Positions 56,989 through 64,000 of a DNA stretch of 64,000 nt are shown piece after piece (within the stretch, counting starts at the first letter, position 1; every line of letters begins with the position of its first letter). The stretch is taken from the IMG/VR virus record IMGVR_UViG_3300017774_008765. The stretch is one strand, 5' to 3'. This stretch comes from an uncultured virus (IMG/VR IMGVR_UViG_3300017774_008765). Its lineage: Duplodnaviria; Heunggongvirae; Uroviricota; Caudoviricetes. Made by a program: the position numbers and the translations under genes. The notes beneath the pieces are model-generated. The model was not told the origin of the DNA. It saw only the letters and a program-made list of their open reading frames with translations, and did not search any database.

Positions 56989-57958
56989 GTGATTTTCTCC
57001 ATTCGAGTAGGGACACAGCCCTGTTGATTCCACCGTGCACTTCTTCTGGACTCATCTGGTCCACCTGCTGCACATCTTCAGCTGGGTAGCGAAATACGGT
57101 GATTCCGAGACCCATCAGCCTATAACCCGTTCGGTCGGTTCCTTTATGGCCGGCCGGGTTGTTGTCCAGGCACAAGACAACCGGACAACCAAGCCGTTCG
57201 AGGAACGCGGCCTGAACGTCGCTGAGGTGTGCGCCCATCAGCGCCAGCACGTGCGGATACCCGCACTGCACCATCCAGAGACAGGCCTTGAACCCCTCGG
57301 TGAGGATCACGGGCGGGCGTTCCCCGCTGCCGTAGATCTCCGCGTAGACCTGATCCCACCGCCAGAGGTAGCTTCCCTTCTCGAGCGTATAGTTCGGAAA
57401 GCCCAGCTTCCAGAGTTCCTTCTGGTAGACCTTGTACCGCTCGAACGCGTGTCCGGTGACATCGCGCCCCGAGATGCCGGCGAGAGTGCCGCGCACGTCC
57501 CGGATGGGGAACGTGATGCGCTGCTCGTTCTCGTCGAACCCGACGTCGTGGAGGTACAGCAGCTCCTCCGAGAACCCCGCGGCCACAAGGGACACAGGGC
57601 ACTGCTCGTAGAGGCCCAGCAATTTCTCCGGCAACGGGTACGGCGTCTCGAACAGACGCTCGGATTGCGTGACCGGAATCCGCTGCTCCGTCTTGACGAG
57701 GAACGGACGCACGGTCTCCATGACCGTGTCGATCGCCGTCGGAGAGGAGCCGAGACGCTTGAGCAGCGCGGGAAGCCCGCCTCCCCCGCAGCCCGCGAAG
57801 CAGTACCACTGCCCCGTAGCCGCGTTGAACGAGAAGGAGGGCTTGCTCTGACCGGGGACCTCCCCGTGCAGGGGACAGTACCCCATCCAGTTGGTTCCCG
57901 AGCCCGGCCGCAGTCCGGGGATGCGCTGCTGCGCAACCCGGACGACGGCACCGCTCAC
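56945..57958 (-). CDS. dnaG: DnaG-type DNA primase (CHC2 zinc finger plus TOPRIM)
   Basis: CPLH...PSFS...WYCFAGC, RITFPIRD, LTEGFK and LCLDNNPAG. Confidence 0.9.
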   Translation of the reverse strand: MSGAVVRVAQQRIPGLRPGSGTNWMGYCPLHGEVPGQSKPSFSFNAATGQWYCFAGCGGGGLPALLKRLGSSPTAIDTVMETVRPFLVKTEQRIPVTQSERLFETPYPLPEKLLGLYEQCPVSLVAAGFSEELLYLHDVGFDENEQRITFPIRDVRGTLAGISGRDVTGHAFERYKVYQKELWKLGFPNYTLEKGSYLWRWDQVYAEIYGSGERPPVILTEGFKACLWMVQCGYPHVLALMGAHLSDVQAAFLERLGCPVVLCLDNNPAGHKGTDRTGYRLMGLGITVFRYPAEDVQQVDQMSPEEVHGGINRAVSLLEWRKSHARRIIPQQRPRRA

Positions 57959-59352
57959 AGACGGAACATCGGCGTCCGCGGAGGACGCTTCTCTCCGCTG
58001 GAGAGGTTGTTCGGACGGCCGCCTCCCGGCCCCGGCGGCGGGGCCTCCCCGTCCTGCCGGGACTTGTCCGCAAGGAACGCGCGAACGTCCACGTTGGACT
58101 GGAGCAGCGAGAAGTCCGCGCCCGGCACCGCGTTGATGAGGAACGGGTTGAGCTGCGCCTCACGCATGCCGGGGAACGTCAGCATGACCGCACAGCGCCC
58201 CGTCGGCCCACGCCCACGGAAGCACCGCATGATCATGTCGGCGTCCTGGCCGATCGCGTCGGAGCCGGCCAGCTCCGCGAGATCGTCGCCCTGCGACTTG
58301 TTCGCTTCCCGGTTGGCCTGGGTGGTGCCCAGCACCGGCACCTTCAGCGCGCGAGCCATCAGCTTGAGATCCTGGCTGATGTGCGCGATGTTCTTCCAGT
58401 CCGCCGTGCGGGTGTTCGTCCGACCGTCACGCATCAGGTAGAACGCGTCGCACACGACCAGATCCGCCCCGAACTTCTCGGCCTTGGCGGTCAGCGTGTC
58501 CACCGAGCCACCCTTCTTGTCGGTGTCCCCGATGAAGCACAGCGCCCGCTTCCGGGTGCCGTCCTGCGTCTGGTTCTCGATGTTCGTCAGCTCGTCGAGG
58601 ATGTCGAAGAACTCGAGTTCCTTCGCCTGCGGCAGCTTCGCCGTGCGGAGCAGCTCGTAGTCCACCCCGCAGATGACCGACGCAGCGCGGCGAAGCATCG
58701 CCTCCCGGCTCATCTCTTTGGAGTAGACGAGCACGCGGCGGTTCTGCTCGTAGGCGTGGGCGGCGATGGCCGTCGCCACCCACGACTTCATGTTCTTCGG
58801 CCGACCGTAGAGCACGATCAGCTCCTCCGGCTGCATCCCACAGGTGGCCGTGTTCAGCGGCTCCCACGGGTAGGGGATGCCGGTGATGCCGCCGGCGATC
58901 TGCTTCGTCGCGTACTCCTGCCGCAGCAGTCCGGCCGCGTTGGAGATCAGGAGCCCGTCGTTGTCCGCCGAGGTCGCGTTCAGGTCCCGCAGCTTCGGCA
59001 GGTACGCCGAGAGCACCGCGAACGGGTCTTCCCCGGAGTTGAGGAGGTCCGTCATCTCCATCGTCGCCTGCTCCATCTCCACCCGCATGCGCGTGGAGAG
59101 GATGTCGTGGATCAGCGCGTCGACCGAGTTCCGGCTGGGCCGGTAGTCGAAGTTCGGGAAGTGCCGCCGCAAGCGGTCGGCGTCCGGCACCTCTCCCGGA
59201 TGCGCAGGACTGTGGAACTGCTCCCACATCCACCGGAAGACCAGGCGGCCCTCCTCCGTCAGAAAAGACTCCGGCGTCAGCCCGCGCTTGCGGACCGCGC
59301 TGAAGTCACCGGTAGCAACCACGTTGCTGATCAGTTCGAGTTCTGCGTTCAC
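57955..59352 (-). CDS. dnaB: DnaB-like replicative helicase
   Basis: GITGIPYPW, YGRPKNMKS, YSKEMS, LVVCDAFYLM, TTQANR and SDAIGQDAD. Confidence 0.9.
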   Translation of the reverse strand: MNAELELISNVVATGDFSAVRKRGLTPESFLTEEGRLVFRWMWEQFHSPAHPGEVPDADRLRRHFPNFDYRPSRNSVDALIHDILSTRMRVEMEQATMEMTDLLNSGEDPFAVLSAYLPKLRDLNATSADNDGLLISNAAGLLRQEYATKQIAGGITGIPYPWEPLNTATCGMQPEELIVLYGRPKNMKSWVATAIAAHAYEQNRRVLVYSKEMSREAMLRRAASVICGVDYELLRTAKLPQAKELEFFDILDELTNIENQTQDGTRKRALCFIGDTDKKGGSVDTLTAKAEKFGADLVVCDAFYLMRDGRTNTRTADWKNIAHISQDLKLMARALKVPVLGTTQANREANKSQGDDLAELAGSDAIGQDADMIMRCFRGRGPTGRCAVMLTFPGMREAQLNPFLINAVPGADFSLLQSNVDVRAFLADKSRQDGEAPPPGPGGGRPNNLSSGEKRPPRTPMFRL

Positions 59353-59628
59353 TCATAGCTCCCAGTCTGGTTCAGGGGCCCCCGGGCCTGTAGGGACGTT
59401 CGAACGCTCTTCCAGTCCCGCACCCGTGTGCAGTCCTGCTTCCACGGCCTCAAGGAAGGCGAGCGCTCGTTCCATTACGAGATCGTCCGCGAGCGGGGTC
59501 TCCCCCATCGCGAGCGGGCCGGTGAAGGCCTCGTTCGCGAGGTGGACAGTGTACCGCGCGCGCACGGTCACGAGTCCAGTGGGAAGACGCGTGATCATGA
59601 CTTCGGTCGGTTCAATCGTCACTTTCAT
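59353..59628 (-). CDS. hypothetical protein (91 aa)
   Basis: Coupled packing in the replication operon. Confidence 0.6.
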   Translation of the reverse strand: MKVTIEPTEVMITRLPTGLVTVRARYTVHLANEAFTGPLAMGETPLADDLVMERALAFLEAVEAGLHTGAGLEERSNVPTGPGAPEPDWEL

Positions 59629-59960
59629 TTGCGGTGACTCGCGTCGTACGCGTCGCCCGCCATCCGGTGCGCGCCGGTGATCATCTCCTGCACGAGCATC
59701 GCGGCGACCTCGTAGGCCTCCCGGACGGTCGGCTCATCTTGCCGGCAGGCGAGGCTCACGGAGACGAACGCCCCGAAGGCGTTGCCGTAGTTGTTGTCCT
59801 TCATGTCCATCGACACTGTCACCCGAGCCGCTCCGGTCGCATCAAGCGACCGGAGGGCATCGGGAGGCAGGGCGATCTCTTCGGCAGAGAGGTTTCTCTC
59901 CTCCACCTTCTCCGGCTGTCCGGGAACCCGGATGGCCTGGCGAGATCGCCCGGGGATCAC
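59625..59960 (-). CDS. hypothetical protein (111 aa)
   Basis: 4-nt overlaps on both sides. Confidence 0.65.
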   Translation of the reverse strand: MIPGRSRQAIRVPGQPEKVEERNLSAEEIALPPDALRSLDATGAARVTVSMDMKDNNYGNAFGAFVSVSLACRQDEPTVREAYEVAAMLVQEMITGAHRMAGDAYDASHRK

Positions 59961-60388
59961 TTCAGGTCCTTGGGCAGAGTGACGCGGGGCGTCATCTCGA
60001 CCTTCTGGAGGTACTCCCCGTACACGGCGCGCAGCTCTCCGGGGAGCCGCTCCATCTGGTCGGCGCGGGCCTCGTAGTACAGCAGGCCGTACTCGACGAG
60101 CTGCTTGATGTCGCCGCGCTCCGTGGCGCGGGAGACCAGCGAGCCCACGTCCACCTTCGTGCTGGTGGGCACCTTCACGTCGAACTTCCGGCCGAGCAGG
60201 TCCACCGTGGAGCGGCCCTTGCGCAGCAGATCCTCGACCTTCGTGCGGGTCTGCTCGGCCTCCCCGCGGAGCTCGTCGATGCGCGCGTACTCCTCCGGGT
60301 GGAGGGCCTTGAGCTCCGCGAAGATCGCGGCTTCTTCTTCCTTCAGGTTGACCAGTTCAGCGATGGCCTTGGCCAGTTCTTCGGTCAT
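59957..60388 (-). CDS. hypothetical coiled-coil protein (143 aa)
   Basis: GGAG RBS and 4-nt overlaps. Confidence 0.7.
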   Translation of the reverse strand: MTEELAKAIAELVNLKEEEAAIFAELKALHPEEYARIDELRGEAEQTRTKVEDLLRKGRSTVDLLGRKFDVKVPTSTKVDVGSLVSRATERGDIKQLVEYGLLYYEARADQMERLPGELRAVYGEYLQKVEMTPRVTLPKDLK

Positions 60389-61143
60389 TTGTCGTAGGTC
60401 TCCGGACGGTGTGGAAAGCTGGATGCGAACAAGTCGCGGTACTCCTCGTTCAACAGGGCAACGGCGTGCTTGAGGTCCTGGACCGTCTTGTACGTTTCGC
60501 CCTTCTTCTCAGCGACCAGCTGGTGATCGCCCTTCTTCAGCAAGTGACTCGGCGGGAGGAGCACCATCACCGGGTAGCGGGCCGAGCCGCCGTGCGGAGA
60601 GGGGACGACTACGTCGAGGATCTCACCCCGCTTGTCCATCGGAGAGATGCTCTTCCCCACGAGCGCGCTGGCCGCCGTCTTGCCGAATGCGAGCACGAGG
60701 AGCGGATCGACGGCGTAGATCGTCTCCATCAACCGCGTCCGGCAGTTGCCCAGTTCCGTCGAGGTCGGCGGCCGTCCTTCCGGCGTGCGGCACAGGACCG
60801 CGTTCGTCCAGAAGATGTGCCGGTCGAGGTAGCTGCGCAGGGCGTAGAAGTACTCGACGTACGCCTCATCGCTCTGCGCGCCCATCACGCGGATCTCCTC
60901 CATCTCTGGCGTCTTCGGCCAGACCATCGCCAGCATTTCCATCAGTAGCCGCCCCGAACGGCCGGCGAACGGCACGCCCTGGTGGTCTTCCTCTTCGCCT
61001 GGAACCTCCCCGATGATGAGGAGGTCGGCGCTCGTGCTGCCGGAGCCGAACACCACCTGGGACCGGCTCCGGCACAGGACCGGGCAGGCCTCGCACCGCG
61101 CGTAGGAGGTGAACAGGGCTTCGACCGCAGGCAGCCCCCTCAT
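60385..61143 (-). CDS. uracil-DNA glycosylase family 4-like protein
   Basis: CEACPVLC...VVFGSG...IIGEVPG..ED..G.PF.GRSG, WTNAVLCR...RPP...C. Confidence 0.85.
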   Translation of the reverse strand: MRGLPAVEALFTSYARCEACPVLCRSRSQVVFGSGSTSADLLIIGEVPGEEEDHQGVPFAGRSGRLLMEMLAMVWPKTPEMEEIRVMGAQSDEAYVEYFYALRSYLDRHIFWTNAVLCRTPEGRPPTSTELGNCRTRLMETIYAVDPLLVLAFGKTAASALVGKSISPMDKRGEILDVVVPSPHGGSARYPVMVLLPPSHLLKKGDHQLVAEKKGETYKTVQDLKHAVALLNEEYRDLFASSFPHRPETYDK

Positions 61144-61478
61144 GCGCCGAACAGGCCGGGCAGGAGAATACTGCGCCGTGCCGTCATCATCTCGTAGGTG
61201 CGGATGAGATCCGCGTCGGTCTCTGCCGTGTAGTGCGCAGAGAGCGGAAGGTGCAGCCGCACCGGTCCCTGCGCGGGCAGGAGCGGCGCGGGCATGACCC
61301 CCACCGCCCCGCGGGCGGGGTCGGTCATCTGGAAGCGGAGCTCGATGGTGTCGACCAACACCAGCGTCTCCTTCGTCTTCTCGGCCAGAACCCCCACCAA
61401 CGTCTTGCCCTGGTAGAACACGACGGTGAGGTCTTTCAGGTACGCGCCAGCGGGTTGCGGCGACGATTCGCGGTCCAT
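61140..61478 (-). CDS. small hypothetical protein, possibly Sm-like fold
   Basis: AGGAG RBS and a beta pattern (GKTLVGVL...LVLVD). Confidence 0.55.
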   Translation of the reverse strand: MDRESSPQPAGAYLKDLTVVFYQGKTLVGVLAEKTKETLVLVDTIELRFQMTDPARGAVGVMPAPLLPAQGPVRLHLPLSAHYTAETDADLIRTYEMMTARRSILLPGLFGA

Positions 61479-62839
61479 GTAGTACTCCTGAAGGGAAACT
61501 TCTGCTGTTTCAAAAAGCCGAGGACACTGAACGTCAGCCCGGCGGCTTCCGGGATGTTGCGATCGAGGAACAGGATCACTTCCGGCGTGCGCTTGCCGGG
61601 CGCGGCGCGCTGCACCCGCCCGATCGCCTGCCGAAGCTGGGGCGCCTCGGCGTAACCGTCTGCTGCCAGCGGTGTGAGTACAAAAAGCGAGTCCAGGTCC
61701 TTCCGGTTGTACGCCTCGGTGGCGACTCCGAACGTGGCGAAGACCAGCTTGCTGCTGTTGAGCTGCTTCAAGCGCTCCTTGCTCGGAGTCTCCCCGGTAA
61801 TAAGCCCGCTTCCGGGGTACTGCTGGCTCCACCAACGGACGTGCTCGACGACGTGACTCAGCGCGAAGACCGTACGCCCCGCCGCTATCGCTTCGTCGAG
61901 CCGAACCCTTATGGCGGCGTTCCGTTCTTCGTTGCGTCCGAGCCATGCGCGGAGGAGTCCGATGTGCCGTTCTCCACTGCGATCGGTGACCTCGCGCTCG
62001 GCCTTGTCGTCGATCGTCGTGTCCAGCTCGAGGACCTCGACCTCGGGGATCATCTCCTGCGCGTCGTCGCTGAAGAGGATTGGCCCGATGTGCGAGAGGA
62101 AGATTCCCTCGCTCCGGTCGATCCGCTTCGGAGTGGCGGTGAGCCCGAAACGGTTCCCCATGCACACGTCCGCACTCTTCACGTAGAACGAGGCGGACAT
62201 GTGATGGACCTCGTCGAAGATCACCGTTCCGAAGCGGGTCGCGAAGTCCTCGGGAAGCTCCCCCGCTTCGGCGCGGCCCGCGAGGGTCTGCACCGTCGCC
62301 AGCACGACCTCGTGCTCGTAGTCCATCTTTCCGTCGCCGATGCGACCAATCTTCCCGTCGAGAAGGAAGTAGTTGTTCAGCTCGGACTCCCAGTTGTCCA
62401 GATGCGCCCCCTGCGGAGAGACGATGAGCGTCGCCTTGCCCGCGTGGGCCGCCTTGTAAAGCCCCATGATCGTCTTGCCCGCACCGCAGGCCAGATGGAG
62501 GATTCCATTCTCTGCCTTAGAGAACACCTCCCACGCGGGGACCTGCCGCTCACGCAGCTGGAACCCCGGACGGGGGCGCAGCGAGCTGCCGGGAAATTCC
62601 TTGGGGCGAAGATCCACCACGGGAATCCCCATTTCCTCCTCGATCTGCGCCCGCGTCAGGAACGCGCGAGGCACCTCGATGTGGTTCGGGTGCTCGATGA
62701 CCAGCACCCTCGGCTCGTTTGACCGGTCGAGACCGAAGGTCAGAGCCCCGCGAACGGGGCCCTCGGCGATGCGCGTCCTGGGGAGGTACAAGGACGCGGC
62801 AACGTATGCCTTGTCGGAGTCCAGGCGCGGAAACTTCAT
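61436..62839 (-). CDS. superfamily 2 DNA helicase (UvsW/XPB-like)
   Basis: LRERQ, LACGAGKT, FDEVHH, GLTATP and QAIGRVQR. Confidence 0.9.
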   Translation of the reverse strand: MKFPRLDSDKAYVAASLYLPRTRIAEGPVRGALTFGLDRSNEPRVLVIEHPNHIEVPRAFLTRAQIEEEMGIPVVDLRPKEFPGSSLRPRPGFQLRERQVPAWEVFSKAENGILHLACGAGKTIMGLYKAAHAGKATLIVSPQGAHLDNWESELNNYFLLDGKIGRIGDGKMDYEHEVVLATVQTLAGRAEAGELPEDFATRFGTVIFDEVHHMSASFYVKSADVCMGNRFGLTATPKRIDRSEGIFLSHIGPILFSDDAQEMIPEVEVLELDTTIDDKAEREVTDRSGERHIGLLRAWLGRNEERNAAIRVRLDEAIAAGRTVFALSHVVEHVRWWSQQYPGSGLITGETPSKERLKQLNSSKLVFATFGVATEAYNRKDLDSLFVLTPLAADGYAEAPQLRQAIGRVQRAAPGKRTPEVILFLDRNIPEAAGLTFSVLGFLKQQKFPFRSTTWTANRRRNPLART

Positions 62840-62842
62840 GGG

Positions 62843-63322
62843 CTACCTCTGAAACGGATTTGGATACCGGCGGCGGGGAATGGACCGTACGCCAAACACC
62901 GCTTCCTGAAGGACGGCTTCTACGGCGCTGAGAAAGCCGTTCTGCGCAAGCGCGCCCATGAACGTATCGCCGTCCTGCACGGCAAGGCGGCTGGCATCCG
63001 GGGGCGGCGCGTAGACCTGCTGCGCGTAGGGGGGTTGCTGCGTCGAGTACGTCGGGCGGATGACCTGCGCGGTCGGTGTGCCGGTTGTGGCGATCGGCGG
63101 GGCATACGTGGGAACGGCGGCTGTGGGAGCCGTGACGTAGCCACGGCTGATCGCGTTCAGCTTCTGTTCGACGTGGTACCGACAGCTGCCCTTGACGGGG
63201 CAAACGCGGCACGTCGAATCCTCATCGCTATACTGGCTCGGGTTCGAGTAGCATTCCGGCTTCGTGGCCACGGGCGCCGCGCTCTGGCCGAAATTCTTTC
63301 CATAGAGTCCGTCTGACGGCAA
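62843..63322 (-). CDS. hypothetical protein with N-terminal Cys cluster (TTG start)
   Basis: GGAGG RBS, ECY...CRVCPVKGSC, Pro/Gln/Tyr-rich linker. Confidence 0.65.
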   Translation of the reverse strand: MPSDGLYGKNFGQSAAPVATKPECYSNPSQYSDEDSTCRVCPVKGSCRYHVEQKLNAISRGYVTAPTAAVPTYAPPIATTGTPTAQVIRPTYSTQQPPYAQQVYAPPPDASRLAVQDGDTFMGALAQNGFLSAVEAVLQEAVFGVRSIPRRRYPNPFQR

Positions 63323-63424
63323 CTTACCTCCGGTTGCCCCCTCTTATGTCGTAATCTCCCTCGTCCTCTCCCTCGTTCGGCGCGTTGCGAACGAGTATGA
63401 TAGGCGGAAAAAGAGGAACCATCC

Positions 63425-64000
63425 GTGAACGTCTACGATACCCTCCGCGACCTCGAGGCCTGTTGGCACGAGCTGGACTCCTACGATCGACACGCCTACG
63501 CGGTGACCGCCGTGAAGGAGGCGAGCGCGCAAGGGGCGGACGTGCCGGCGGAGATTTCCCGCTATGGCGGAGAAACCCTCAGCCCGCTCTTCGCCGAGCG
63601 GATGCGGGATCGCCAGTCCTTCGCGGCCGACGAAGCGCTCGCCAGCGCGTACGCGCGGCTGGGCAAGGTCGCCTCGGCCCTGCCGACGGAAGAAGTCGTT
63701 CGCGTCCTGTTCACGCTCGACGATGTCGCGGGCCTCATCCCTCGCTACGGCCAGCGGATCCCCGATCCGCACCTCTGTGTCTACGAGGTGCAGAAGGAGG
63801 CGAACGGCTGGTCGTGGATCCACGGAGGCCTGATGGTCAACGAGGACCAGCTGCGTCGGTTCGCGTTGATCCCGAACCGGAAGATCCTCGAGGACCTGTT
63901 CCCAGAGGAGCTCGTCACGCAGTTCCGCGCTGATCCGCTTCCCACCTTCGAGTCGTTGCCCGAGGAGCTCAAGATCCTTCTGGCGCGGATGGCGACCCAG
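63425..64000 (+). CDS. K-x-A-motif protein, putative head-associated (runs off the window end)
   Basis: GTG at 63425 after GAGG. Open frame MNVYDTLRDL...VKEAS...GKVAS...QKEAN... to the end of the window; absent from the ORF track because it has no stop. Confidence 0.65.
   Translation, partial: MNVYDTLRDLEACWHELDSYDRHAYAVTAVKEASAQGADVPAEISRYGGETLSPLFAERMRDRQSFAADEALASAYARLGKVASALPTEEVVRVLFTLDDVAGLIPRYGQRIPDPHLCVYEVQKEANGWSWIHGGLMVNEDQLRRFALIPNRKILEDLFPEELVTQFRADPLPTFESLPEELKILLARMATQ

Noticed and set aside
53321..59352. Inteins or introns in PolA or DnaB
   Set aside because: The frames are continuous, with no intein terminal motifs or homing endonuclease signatures.
1..64000. Genome-wide stop-codon reassignment, tRNA genes, integrase/att sites
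   Set aside because: TAA, TAG and TGA all end genes at coupled junctions, and I recognised no cloverleaf or recombinase motifs by eye.

Overview
This GC-rich, gene-dense window looks like part of a large, probably jumbo-type, contractile-tailed (myovirus-like) phage genome. I saw no host housekeeping genes, integrase, rRNA, tRNA or CRISPR array. Positions 1-47441 are mostly a + strand morphogenesis arm. It holds a probable tail assembly chaperone with a -1 frameshift site, a GroES-like co-chaperonin, a tape-measure-like protein, a baseplate hub with an M23 peptidase, gp25-like and giant baseplate-J/wedge/fibre proteins, a sigma-70-like factor and a holin-like protein. It converges at a hairpin terminator (~47446-47471) on a - strand replication/recombination arm (47476-63322). 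That arm encodes an SF2 helicase, family-4 UDG, DnaB-like helicase, DnaG primase, SSB-like protein, PolA, HU-like protein, RecA, two resolvase-type nucleases and a Cas4-like nuclease. The most striking unexplained signal is a K-x-A motif, sometimes with an AF(V/F)xELx(K/R) helix, at the termini and domain junctions of unrelated proteins. These include the SNF2 ATPase, sigma factor, kinase-SWIM fusion, HiPIP-like protein, an RNase-like protein and a Gly-zipper protein. This suggests a capsid-targeting/prohead-protease cargo system. All family assignments come from motif recognition by eye, without database searches.
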